DNA of 62,987 nt, counting the filler, from Hyphochytrium catenoides (taxonomy: Eukaryota; Protista; Hyphochytriomycota), in NCBI GenBank assembly GCA_900088475.1. It is 8 parts of 8 records of this genome, joined end to end, with 100 filler letters (N's around TTAATTAATTAA, not from the genome) between each part and the next. Parts side by side here need not be neighbours in the genome. Positions count along the whole stretch, not along the records: positions 22,860 to 26,077 come from FLMG01001553.1; positions 26,178 to 33,725 come from FLMG01004095.1; 6 more parts are not named here. One strand, written 5' to 3'. A program made the translations under genes and the position numbers. Below the pieces are notes generated by a model that saw nothing but the letters and a program-made list of their open reading frames with translations, did not search any database and was not told the origin of the DNA. Below, in pieces: positions 22,860-33,725 of the stretch. Numbering within the stretch: the stretch's first letter is position 1; every line of letters starts with the position of its first letter.

Positions 22860-25086
22860 TACACACCTAGCTCTCAGGGACATAGACGTTACGGGTACAC
22901 CTGTTATGGGAAAGAGGGATGTGAGAAGAATTTCCAGAAGAAACAGGAGCAGCACAGGAGAGAGAGATGATGAGGGAAGCTAGGCCGAGCAAAAGATCTC
23001 GAGTTCAGACCAGGCTCTCAGGACTGAGTGATCATTCAGAGAAATCTCCGCCATAGATCAATACCCAGTCCCTTTGTTATCGTTTCGTCTAGATTGTGCT
23101 CATACAGAAGCTTCAGGCATTGCCACCTAGCTCTGTAAAGTTCATCAGGTTATGTTAGGCCCACACTCGCAGTTGTTGGTCGTGACTGTTTGCTTCTCCT
23201 CTTCTCACTTGAGCTGCTAGAGTGACGCTCCTGTTGCATACAATGACATCGAAGGAAGGCGGAGTTCATCCGCACAATATCGCTGTTCTACACAGCAAGG
23301 ACCAGTATATTATCTGGTCAAGCCGGCTACGAAGTTACCTGGATGAGTTAGACCTCCTCGTTCACATCGAGGATGAGAGTCAGACACTGATGGCTGATGG
23401 CGAAGACCCGCTCATTAGTAAGGACTTCACAGAGACAAGCAAGAAGAATTGGAGAAGAATGATCGGAAGACGATCAACAAACTGGTTCCCCTAGTTTCTG
23501 ATGAGTTCCTGTCGCTGCTGGAAGGGCAAGAATCAGCGTACGCGGGATGGCTCAAACTGCAGGAGCAGATGGATGGAAAGGAAGGGGACAACGTCCTCAG
23601 GCGTCTTCAGGAGATCACCAACTCCAGGTTTGATTCTGGAGGGACCACCTCTCTGAGATCCCACCTGACCACCCTGAAACAGAGGACAGAGGCTCTAAAG
23701 AATATCTTCGAAAGGAGAAAGAAGTAAGAGAACCAGCAGGACATTTATGAGACAATCCTGATCTCTTCAATTCTCCAAAGCCTCCCTCCCTCCTTTGGCT
23801 CTATAGTGAGCCACCTGTACGTCCTAGGGACCTCCTCTCTGGCTGCAAATGAGGTCATCAACCGTATTATGGCTGATGAACAGAGAAGAGTGTCTAGCTC
23901 TGTACACTTTCAGGATAATCTACCCTCTTCGGAGATGAATGCCCTTTCTGCTCCAGGGGAAAGGAAAAGAGAAGATCCCCCAGATCAGCGAAGACAGGAG
24001 AAACCTGCGCGTGGTAGCAGGCAGTGCGGCATCTGCCGGAAAAAGGACATAACAGCGCAGACTGTTTTGAGCTTCCGGAGAACGCTGCTCGCAGGCCAAC
24101 TGGCTGGAGGTCTCGCGTCCACTTGGACAAGTTGCCGTTGGCACAGGAGCCCAGCAGCAAAAGCAATGCTCAGCAACTTAGTGCTCTCATAGCTGCTCTC
24201 CTATCCTCCACTTCTTCTTCACCAGGAGCTCTATCATCAGTTGCCACTAATGAATTGGGATTAGCCAATCAGTATACAAAGTCTTCTGTCGACGCTGGTG
24301 GATCCCTTACCCTAGCTTCTATCCAGCAGGCTGCAGCGAAGGCGAAAGCCGTCCAGAGTAGCCACAAATGGCTGCTAGACAGCGGATGCTCCAGTCACAT
24401 TACTGGAGATCGATCACTCTTTCTCTCTTCACTTCCATTGACCCTCTACCTCTCTTTACCGCTGACAACCGGCCAGTTTTTGCCGTGGGAAAGGGAAGCA
24501 TACTTATCCCTGCTGCCAATAGAGCACTCTGTCCTGCGGATGTTCTTACTATACTAAGCACTACCACTCCCGCTGTTTCAGGCCTTTCTACCGCAATTAG
24601 GGATAGTACCAGAAATACCACCCATACGATCATCCAACTAGGAAGAAGATGTCCCAACATATCTCTCCTACAGATGTTTGGAACTATAGGGAGATGTTGA
24701 ACTATGGACTATCTGGATCATACTTCATACAACTAGGATTTACTGTTGAGTGCTACAATGTTCGTTGTCAGTAGTACAGTAGTCACTCTCTATACACACC
24801 TAGCTCTCAGGGACATAGACGTCACGGGTACACCTGTGTTATGGGAAAGAGGGATGTGAGAAGAATTTCCAGAAGAACACAGGAGCAGCACAGGAGGGAG
24901 AGATGATGAGGGAAGCTGGGCCGAGCAAAAGATCTCGAGTCCAGACCAGGCTCTCAGGACTGAGTGATCATTCAGAGAAATCTCCATCACACATCAATAC
25001 CAAGTCCCTTTGTTATCGTTTCATCATCTAGATTGTGCTCATACAGAAGCTTCAGGCATTGCCACCTAGCTCTGTAAAGTTCATCA
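22860..25086 (+). mobile_element. Ty1/copia LTR retrotransposon, internally deleted (gag + protease only), frameshifted
   Basis: 5' LTR (truncated) 22860-23147, 3' LTR 24695-25086 (TGTTGAAC...GTTCATCA); PBS-like GGTTATGTTAGGCCCA at 23148; purine run AGGGAGA before 3' LTR; gag WSSRLRSYLDELDL, knuckle CGICRKK/GHNSADC, protease WLLDSGCSSHITGD. Confidence 0.9.
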
Positions 25087-25279
25087 TTTACCAGGTCAGC
25101 TGTCCAAGTTACAGTCCCATACTCCAAGTAGAAGCAGAGATGTGGAAGAAGAAGATGAGCTCTAATATTAACTATGGAATATGACTATAGGAGAGCCACC
25201 TCTCCCTATTCCGAATAGAATCAGATAGATTCTTGACCCTTCAACTTCCACAAGCTAGAGAGTACTCAGTTAGCTTTTA

Positions 25280-26077
25280 AGGGGACATGCAAGCTCTAAT
25301 AAGATTGTCTCCGAATCCCATAGGTTCTACAAAAGTCATACATCGCAGCTGAAGAGAGGACACATTGGACGGATTCGTAGCTGACAACTGGCGCAAACCT
25401 TCTTGTAATCCATCCCCTGCTTTGATTGTAGCATTGAGCCACAAGTCGTGCCTTATAGCGATCGATGTTGCCATCACTTCCATATTTCACGCGGAATACC
25501 CCATTTACACCCAATGACGTTTGCGCCTGGACGATGATCGACGATTTCCCATAGGTCGTGTTGGTCCATAACAGACGCCATTTCACAGAGGATAGCGGTG
25601 TACCATTCCGAAGCATCCGTCCCACAAAAGAGCCTCCTGTGTCGTTTTGGGTTCAGTCGGTGATGAGGAGTTGCCACTGTGACCATCCAGAAAATAGAGT
25701 CTTCTTGAAGGCGGCGTTTAAAGAGTTCGGGAAGGAGGTACTTGCTGCTGAATACCGCCGGATGGTGGAGCTGGGTTTTGAACAAGCGGATGTTGTAGAC
25801 TGTCTGGGCGATCCCGCAGTGTTTCCCGATTGCCATCATTAGAAGGTAAACAATGATCTATCGGAACCGAGCTATCGTCACCGCATACCTGTTGGAGTCT
25901 GAGGGCACAGCTATGTGGCCTACAAGCTGGCAAGCGTAACTACCCAAGTTTCAGCTCCAAACTCCCAGTAGAAGCCGAGATATTGTTGGAGTCTGAGGGC
26001 ACAGCTATGTGGCCTACAAGCTGGCAAGCGTAACTACCCAAGTTTCAGCTCTAAACTCCCAGTAGAAGCCGAGATAT
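25280..26077 (-). mobile_element. Second Ty1/copia remnant (RT N-terminal fragment plus probable LTR end)
   Basis: EWYTAILCEMASV..LWEIV..NVIGCKW/VFRVKYGSDGNIDRYKARLVAQ..APVVSYESV; minus strand ...CCAACA followed by GGTATG at ~25890. Confidence 0.8.
25890..26077. repeat. 94-bp tandem duplication
   Basis: 25890-25983 versus 25984-26077, one C/T difference. Confidence 0.95.
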
Positions 26078-26804
26078 NNNNNNNNNNNNNNNNNNNNNNN
26101 NNNNNNNNNNNNNNNNNNNNNTTAATTAATTAANNNNNNNNNNNNNNNNNNNNNNNNNNNNNNNNNNNNNNNNNNNNGATCACCAGGGCGGGAGAAAGGA
26201 GACCGAGACAGTAAGTGAAGGGCTTAGCAAGGAGAAAAGAGTATCTGTAGCGTTTGGCACACTTTGGACGGCCTATGTGATGACATTAGAAAAATGGGGG
26301 ATACATAAAAAATTATATAAAATGAAAAAACATGTAAGAAAGTTGCTTGTACTCCCTCAGTAGAATACTCACCACTTCTATGATAACGGCCTATAGCTCT
26401 TTTATGAGTGCCGTACTCTGTCTCCATACAAGTTTTGCTTCTTTACGAGGAGCCCATAGTGTTTACGGATAACTAATCTCTCTTTCTAAATCTCTTTCCT
26501 ATCTTTATTGCGTTATTATTTTTCAAGAAATTGTACCTTTTCGTGTAATGTTGTTCAGGACCCGACTGCCCCCTTTATCGCTCAGACCCACCCGTTCATG
26601 CCCGTTTCTTGCAAAGGTGCTAGGGTATTAATTCACACTCATTAAAATGCTTTCTTCGCTAAACTGATGCTAAAACCGTCAATAATGGCACAAACGTGTC
26701 AAATTACCCTCACAAATATGGTCCCATAATTTACAATCTTTACAATAAGACTACAAAAATGTGAAAGTTAACTGTCCTTAATTTGGGTCCTTTGCCGGCC
26801 CCCC

Positions 26805-27330
26805 CATGTGCCTCTCTTCCTCTCTCTCTCTCTCCACACCTCTCTCTCTCTCTCTCTTTCTCTCTGTCTCTCTTTCGCTACACTTTTTTCTCTCTTGTGT
26901 CTCTCCCTCTCCTCTCTCTCTCTCTCCCCTCTGTCTCTCTCTATCGGCCTCTCTCTCTCTCGACTCTTCTCTTCTCTCCTCTTCTCCCTCTCCCTCTGTC
27001 TCTCTCTCTGTCTCTCTCTCTCTCTCTCTTTCTCCCCTATCTTTGTCGTCTCTCTTTTTCTCCTTTCTGAACCGTCCACTTTTTGTTCTGTCTCGCTGTT
27101 CTCCTTTGTTCCCCTCTGATCTATAGTCAGTTGTTACCTTGGGTGCACCATCTGCCTTTGCTCTTCGCCTGCCAAAGTTCCTCGACTTGCTCTCTCTCCC
27201 TCTCCCTCTTCTCCAACCCTCTCTCTTCCTCTCTCTCTCCCTCTCTCTCCCTTTCCCCCTCTCTTCTCTCTCTCTCTCCCTCTGTCCTTTTCTCTTCTCT
27301 TCCGCTCGCTTGCATTCTTTCCTCTCTACC
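26805..27330. repeat. (CT)n-rich low-complexity region
   Basis: Direct inspection. Confidence 0.9.
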
Positions 27331-28035
27331 ACAGCCTTCCCTCTTGCCCACACAGAGCGTAGGGCACTGCACGGCCTGCAGGTAGTGCCTGGCGTCCTCT
27401 CTTCTCCCACTGAATGGGCCACTGACGCTTCATTGCCGGTCGCTGATCATTGCTAATCATCATCATCAAGACGGCAGAGACAGCCGCAGACGCAAGAAGC
27501 AGCATCTGCGGCATTGGTTGATGAACAAGCAGGCGCGAGAGGCCGTTGCTTGCCGTACATAACCCTCTCTTTCCCTTCATCTCTCTCCCTCGTTATCTTT
27601 CTCTCTTCTTCTCTTCGTCTCTCTCCCAGCTCCAACGACGACGCGGCGTAGCAGCAGCGCCCGCTCTCGATTATCCAGTTTATCCTCTCTCTTTCTTTCC
27701 CTTTGCCTGTCCATCCTTGCGTCCCGTTAGAAAGAAGCGGCTGGTGGTGAGAGATAGCATATCGTTCTTGAGCAGGATAGCTGTCTGCACTGTGTTTGCA
27801 ACGATCTTCTCTCTCTCTCTCTCTGTTAGTTTACCTAGGCAACATCGTCCGACTTGGACTCCTTTCCCACCAACTCTCTCTCTCTCTTGTCTCTCTCTCC
27901 CGCTCTGTCTCAATGTGTAAGAGCGACTGTTAAAACGCTCGGCACTCAGTCGCGTCCCGCGGTTTTCCAAACCTTTGAAGAGAAAAAGAGAAGAGAGGAG
28001 AGAGACTAGAAGAGAGAACCTCTGTGGTGAGCAGC

Positions 28036-31000
28036 ATGACGGAGGAGGAAGCGGACTATCGATGCTTCCCAACGGACAACCTTCTGCTGGTACTCGACGA
28101 GCAGTGCACGGTCCTCTCGGCTAACGCGGTGGCGCTCAGTACCTTTGACAGAACCGTGGAAGAGCTCCAAAGAGGAGCTTTTCCTAGCTTTCTCTCCCTC
28201 TCTCAGAGTCACTTTCTCCATGCTTTTGAGCAGCTAAGGCGAGAGGTAGGAGTGGTGACCGTAGAGACCGCGCATATAGCGGCGAAGACAGAGAAGAAGC
28301 AGGATCACTCTTCTCTCTCTCTCTCTTCTTCTTCATCTTCGCTGCTCTCTTCCTCTTTCTATCCCTGCAAGATCTCCTGGCGGCTCTTCCTTCGTGGGTC
28401 TTTGTGCTACGCTGCTGGCCGGGTAGAGAGGCGAACAGAAGGGCTAGAAGAAGAGCTGAAGGAGAAGATATGGGACTCTCTCTTCTCTTGGAGAAAAGAG
28501 AAGAAGAAGCACAAAGGAGGAGGAAAGCGGCAGCAGAAGGAAGATGAAGAACAAAGGAGAAGAGGATTGTCACAGGATGAGAAAGAGGATGAAAGGCTAA
28601 GAGAGATCGAGAAGGGCTTCTGGCTCGAGTCAGTCAATGACGTGAAGAGAATCTGGGATTTGCCCAATGATTCTCTTATCTGGGAGCCTTCTGTGCAGCT
28701 GCTTCTTGGCTATCCGGCGGGGACGCTCCCTCCATCTGTCTCCTGGTGGAGAGACCGCATTCACAGTGACGACAGAGAGAGAGTACTACATGGCTTGCAG
28801 CGGTTTCTCTCTGATACTGGGAGATTCTGGTGCGAAGAGTACCGTCTTCTCTCTCTCTTCGGAGACTATGTCACCGTGATAGACCAGATCCATCTTCACA
28901 GAGACGAGAATGGGAAGCCTCTTCGCGCCATCTGTGCGCTGTTCAACCCTCTCCATCGCAGCCGCCTCTGTAATGTCCTAGGAACAGGGACAAGGGCCAA
29001 GTTGATTGGAGACATTCCTCTAGGACGAGCAAGAGAGGACGAGCTGCGCTATCAGACGCAGCTGATCAAGACTATAACGGACAATACCGCTAGTGCGCTG
29101 TTCATGATGGACGAGAAGGGCCATCCCACCTTCCTCAACCCGGCGGCGGAGAGGATCACGGGCTACAAGCTCGAAGAGATCAGAGATCGTCCGCTACACT
29201 ACGCCGTGCATTATAAGTACCCTGATGGACGGCCGTACCCGATGGAAGAGTGCCCGATAGACAACTCTCACGCCGCGCTGGTCCCTCTGCAGAACCAGGA
29301 AGAGATGTTTGTGGACAAGAATGGAAGGATCTTCCCAGTCGTCTGGTCCGTAGCGCCGGTAGAGAAAGACGGCAAGGCAGTGGGTGCAGTTTTAGAGTTT
29401 AGAGACGTCACTGAGGAGAAGAAGGCGGAGAAGGACAGGCTGGAGGCCAAGGTGGAGGCCAAGCAGCAGCAGATCAAGGCTCAGGAAGCAGAGACGCACA
29501 AGAAGAAGATGACAGAGTTTGTCGACTATGTCTGTCACGAGATACGGAACCCTCTGCACGGCATTGTGGCTAACACGGAGTTCCTGCGTCAGAACCAAGT
29601 TAACCTACAAAGACGGGCAAAGGAAGCTGAGGAGAAGAGAGAAGGAGCGCTAGCGGCACTTTGGCAGGAGCTCAAGTCCATGACAGAGTATATACAGAGC
29701 ATTCAAGAGTGCGTGAGCCATCAGGCGCTGATCACTAACAATGTGCTGGATCTTTCCCGTCTGGAGGCAGGAAAAGTAGAGCTTGACCTTCAAGTCTTTC
29801 CTTTGCAGATAGTGGTACACCAGTCCGTAGACATATTGAAAGGGAAGATCAAAGAGAAATCTCTCTCTTTGGAGACCGAGCTCTCTCCAGACAGTTCTCT
29901 CCTGGTCAAGGGAGATCCGACTCTTCTCCGGCAAATATTCATCAATCTTCTCTCCAACGCTATCAAATTCACGCCGCCGCAAGGGACGATCACTCTCTCC
30001 ATGGAAAGCCCGATAAAGAGCGGTAATGGGTTCCTCGGATCCGCCTCTCCTCAGAGCAGCAACTACGCTTCTCCTTCTTCCTGTTCTGATGACCACTCTC
30101 TTCTCTCCTCGTCTTCTTCTGCCTGTGGTTCCTCTCATCAGTCGATCACCGTGCGAGCAGCGGTAACGGACACAGGGTTCGGGATTAGTGGAGACGCAAT
30201 GGAGAAGCTCTTTTCTCGCTTCTCTCAGACAAACAAGAAGATTAGCAGTGAGTACGGCGGCTCTGGCTTGGGTCTCTCTATCTGTTATCAGATTACTAAG
30301 CTTATGAACGGGAGCATTATGGTTGAGAGCAAGCCAAAGAAGGGAACAACCTTCCGCTTTGCCGTTGAACTCGATGAGCCAACGGGCGAAGAAGTCCAAG
30401 AGTACCATCGGAGACTGGAGGACGAAGAGGCAAGAAAGGCAAGACAGATCTCCAGTTCATCCTCTCTCTCTTCTCCCTCATCGCGTTCGTCCGCTGTCTC
30501 TCCTACTTCTGCCGGTCCTTCTCCCCTGAGGAGCGTCCTTGTAGCAGAAGACAACCGGATCAACCAGAAGATCATCTCTCTTTATCTAAAGAACCTAGGC
30601 TTTGCGTTTGAGGTCGTGAACAATGGGAAAGAGGCCTTAGCAGCTCTCTTCAATGTCAAGGGAGAGCCTCAGCATGACTTGGTCATTATGGACCTCGAGA
30701 TGCCAGTGATGGACGGGAGAGACGCTACGAGACGGATCAGAGAGATAGAGAGAAAGAGAGAAGAACGCCACACCACCACGGAATCTATGAGGGCGACCCA
30801 GCCCGACGGAGAAGAATCGAGAGAAGGAGAACAAAGAGAGAAGACCGACAATGGAGAAGAAGAAGAAGAAGGAGAGAGAGAGGAAGAAGAAGAAGACGTC
30901 TTCTCGGAGCCTTGCTCCTCCTCCTCTGCTTCCTCTTGTTCATCGTCGTCTCTGGTGCGGCATGTTCCCATCATTGCTCTCAGCGGGAACTCTAGGATGG

Positions 31001-31170
31001 AGCAGATCAACGAGGCTCTCTCCTGCGGAATGGACGATTATCTGACGAAGCCCTGCAAGCAGGCAGAGCTGCAGATCATGCTGGCCAAGTGGGAGAGTTT
31101 CTTGAAGGGAAAAGGAGTAGAAGAACGGGAGAGAGAAGGGAGAAGGAAGGAAGATGGCGTGGCGGCATGA
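28036..31170 (+). CDS. Cytoplasmic hybrid sensor histidine kinase (PAS/PAC x2-3, HisKA, HATPase_c, receiver)
   Basis: PAS motifs WRDRIHSDD and LNPAAERITGY; H-box YVCHEIRNPLHGI; N-box INLLSNAIKFT; DTGFGI, GGSGLGL; REC VAEDN..MDLEMPVMDG..DYLTKP; intronless, no TM segment. Confidence 0.95.
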   Translation: MTEEEADYRCFPTDNLLLVLDEQCTVLSANAVALSTFDRTVEELQRGAFPSFLSLSQSHFLHAFEQLRREVGVVTVETAHIAAKTEKKQDHSSLSLSSSSSSLLSSSFYPCKISWRLFLRGSLCYAAGRVERRTEGLEEELKEKIWDSLFSWRKEKKKHKGGGKRQQKEDEEQRRRGLSQDEKEDERLREIEKGFWLESVNDVKRIWDLPNDSLIWEPSVQLLLGYPAGTLPPSVSWWRDRIHSDDRERVLHGLQRFLSDTGRFWCEEYRLLSLFGDYVTVIDQIHLHRDENGKPLRAICALFNPLHRSRLCNVLGTGTRAKLIGDIPLGRAREDELRYQTQLIKTITDNTASALFMMDEKGHPTFLNPAAERITGYKLEEIRDRPLHYAVHYKYPDGRPYPMEECPIDNSHAALVPLQNQEEMFVDKNGRIFPVVWSVAPVEKDGKAVGAVLEFRDVTEEKKAEKDRLEAKVEAKQQQIKAQEAETHKKKMTEFVDYVCHEIRNPLHGIVANTEFLRQNQVNLQRRAKEAEEKREGALAALWQELKSMTEYIQSIQECVSHQALITNNVLDLSRLEAGKVELDLQVFPLQIVVHQSVDILKGKIKEKSLSLETELSPDSSLLVKGDPTLLRQIFINLLSNAIKFTPPQGTITLSMESPIKSGNGFLGSASPQSSNYASPSSCSDDHSLLSSSSSACGSSHQSITVRAAVTDTGFGISGDAMEKLFSRFSQTNKKISSEYGGSGLGLSICYQITKLMNGSIMVESKPKKGTTFRFAVELDEPTGEEVQEYHRRLEDEEARKARQISSSSSLSSPSSRSSAVSPTSAGPSPLRSVLVAEDNRINQKIISLYLKNLGFAFEVVNNGKEALAALFNVKGEPQHDLVIMDLEMPVMDGRDATRRIREIERKREERHTTTESMRATQPDGEESREGEQREKTDNGEEEEEGEREEEEEDVFSEPCSSSSASSCSSSSLVRHVPIIALSGNSRMEQINEALSCGMDDYLTKPCKQAELQIMLAKWESFLKGKGVEEREREGRRKEDGVAA

Positions 31171-31179
31171 GATAGCTGA

Positions 31180-31597
31180 GCTCTCTCTCTCTCTCTCTTC
31201 CTTCTGCTGTCTTTATCCTCGCTTGACACTGTAGATCCGAACCGAAATGAAGACGGGATGAAGACTTTTTACTTCTCGCTCTCTTCCTCCACGCTGCGCA
31301 TTCTTAGGTGCCTTCTTATCTCTCTCTCTCTCTCCCCTCCACTCTCTCGCTCTTCAACATTCCTCCCCCTCCTTCCGCTTTTGGCCCTTGCCGGTTCTCT
31401 TCCGGCAATCGTCCCTCTTTTCTCTCTCTCTTCCTATCGGGTAGTACCCTTATCATCTCCGTGTAGGGACATTTGGAGGAAGAGAGGGTCGGTTCTGCTA
31501 GTCATTTATAAGATAAAGAAAAGAAGAGGTCTCTTTCTCTTTTCCCTTTCCTCCCCTCCGTCGAGCCTTTCTCAGCAGTAGGAAGAGAGTAAGAATA

Positions 31598-31631
<34 letters not shown>

Positions 31632-33377
31632 CCTTCCGGTAAGGAAAAGTTCACTGTCGATTAGTAAAAGAAAGCTTGTCCCGACTTTTTCCCCCTCTCT
31701 CTCTTCCGTCCACTCTCTCACTCCCAAGCTCTCTTTCCTAAACCGGCACGCTGCTCGCTCTCTCCTTCAGAGCAGCATTCTCCGCCCTTAATCTCTCTCT
31801 GTATACCTCTCTCATGAACGCGCTCCTCTCTTCTGTCTTTCGCCCCTTCTCTCTTCTCTCTCTCTATCTTCTGTCTCTCTCTCTCTGTCTCTCTCATACA
31901 CCATTTTCCTCTTTCTTCAAAGGACCATAGTCTTCTCTTCCTCTCTCTGCGCAGCTGTCTCATCGGCGCTCATCCTCTCTCTCTCTTTCTCTCTCTATCC
32001 TCTCCGCGCAGAGAAATGGCAACAGGAAACAACGTGATCCACGCGTCTTCTCCTCCCAAGAAAGCTACCTCTCTCCCCAGGATGGACGTACAAAATATTG
32101 GGTGGTTGTTTTCCTGGCATAGAAAGAGTGAGTGACCTTCTTCGCGCTTCTCTCTCTCTCTCTCTTTCTCTTTTCTCTTTCTCTCTCACTGTCTCTCGCC
32201 TTTCTATTCTGCAACAATTTCTTCTCCCCTTAGGTGCGCCGCCTCTCTGAGCGGTTATAGTTCCTTGTGGGAACGAAGATTGATCAACCTGCCTCTCCTC
32301 TCTGTCTCTCTCTTTTCCTCTCTCTCTCTCTCTCTCAACACTCACTGTCTAGTTCTTTTGACCAACCCGCCTCACCTCTCTCCATCTCTCTCTCTCTCTC
32401 TCTCTATACAGCCGGCTCTCTTTCCCCCACACCTCTCTCTCTCCCTGTCTCTCTCTCTTTTATCTTCTTCTGCCTCCTGTTGTTCTCTCTTTCTCTCTCA
32501 TCAAAACTACTAAAACTGTAGTTTCTACCTTCTTTTTTCTTGATGGGGAATGATAGACGACATCTCTCTGCGTTTCTCTCTCTTTCTCGCACTCTCTCTC
32601 TCCCCTCTCTCTCTCTTCGCTCTCTCTCTCTTCCTCCTCTCTCTCACTCTCTCTCTCTCTCTGCGGCTGCTCTGTCTGTCTCGTCTTCTGACCTCTTTCC
32701 TCTCGTAACCCTATCTCTCTCTCTCTGTCTCTCTCTCTCTGTCTCTCTCTCTCTGTCTCTNNNNNNNNNNNNNNNNNNNNNNNNNNNNNNNNNNNNNNNN
32801 NNNNNTCTCTCTCTCTCTCTCTCTCTCTCGCTGTTGGTTAGTCTGCCATAAAAGGTTCGGAAGACGTGTGTCCCTCACGCAGCAGACAAAGCCCATTATC
32901 CAGAATACCTCACAAAATTGTCTACTCACATTGCTAACAAGAGCGCTTCATATTGAGAATTCAGCTGCTTGGGTCTTTTCCAATCTTTAGGATTCGAAGC
33001 TGGACCCTTTTGTGCGTCATCATGACATCTAATGGTTCTTAGGGACGCCAGCAAAGGAATCTGCAATTCCTCATTTGTTATTGCTTGAAAAACGCAGTGA
33101 AAGGTTACAGAGCCAATGGAAATATCAACTTCTCTCGTACAAAGAGGGTTTCACCCTCTTGGAATAATAATGACTTCCGAATGTTTCGTCTGCATGCCCC
33201 CTGTGAAATCTTTCCGATATGTAGCTTATTTATGTGGATGGGCATAATAGAACTCCTTCCGAAACCATCACGCAGATTGTTTCTTTCGGGAATAACCCCG
33301 TTAGCGCCTTTCTCCCGGTCACAGCGCTTGGATGAGTTTCTGGAAGCTTCTGCCTGTCCAGACGTGTTTTCTCTCTT

Positions 33378-33421
<44 letters not shown>

Positions 33422-33725
33422 GGTGAAGCACTATGTTCCTCTGTCCTCTGACTGATCTGTCTCGCACGCGGCAGCAGACAACCGAGCCTCAGGCCGTCAA
33501 GTTCCTTGCTGCTGTTGCATTGGCTAGACCGAGGCCCGCATCCCACGTTTTCTAACTTCTTTCAACCTTCCACTCCTTTCTCTCAAGCTTCGATAGCCTC
33601 CTCGTTCTTTCCTTCCACCTTCCTTTGCTACACACTCTCTCTCTCTCTCTCTCTCTCTTTACTCTCTCTCTCTTTCCCTACGCTCTCTCTCTCTCTCGCG
33701 CCTCTCTCTCTCTCTCTCTCTCTCT
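31180..33725. repeat. (CT)n/(GA)n-dominated region
   Basis: Direct inspection; includes a 45-N gap at 32761-32805. Confidence 0.8.

Noticed and set aside
25890-26077. CRISPR-like array (also 48567-48726)
   Set aside because: Only two long adjacent copies, no spacers, eukaryotic context
26768-27456. Numerous Leu/Ser- or Arg/Glu-rich ORFs (also 16529-17149 and 31258-33781)
   Set aside because: Translations of (CT)n/(GA)n microsatellites
29650-30408. 252-aa antisense ORF inside the histidine kinase
   Set aside because: Shadow ORF of a well-supported gene
17693-31170. Functional clustering of YME1, copia elements and the histidine kinase
   Set aside because: They lie on different contigs joined artificially
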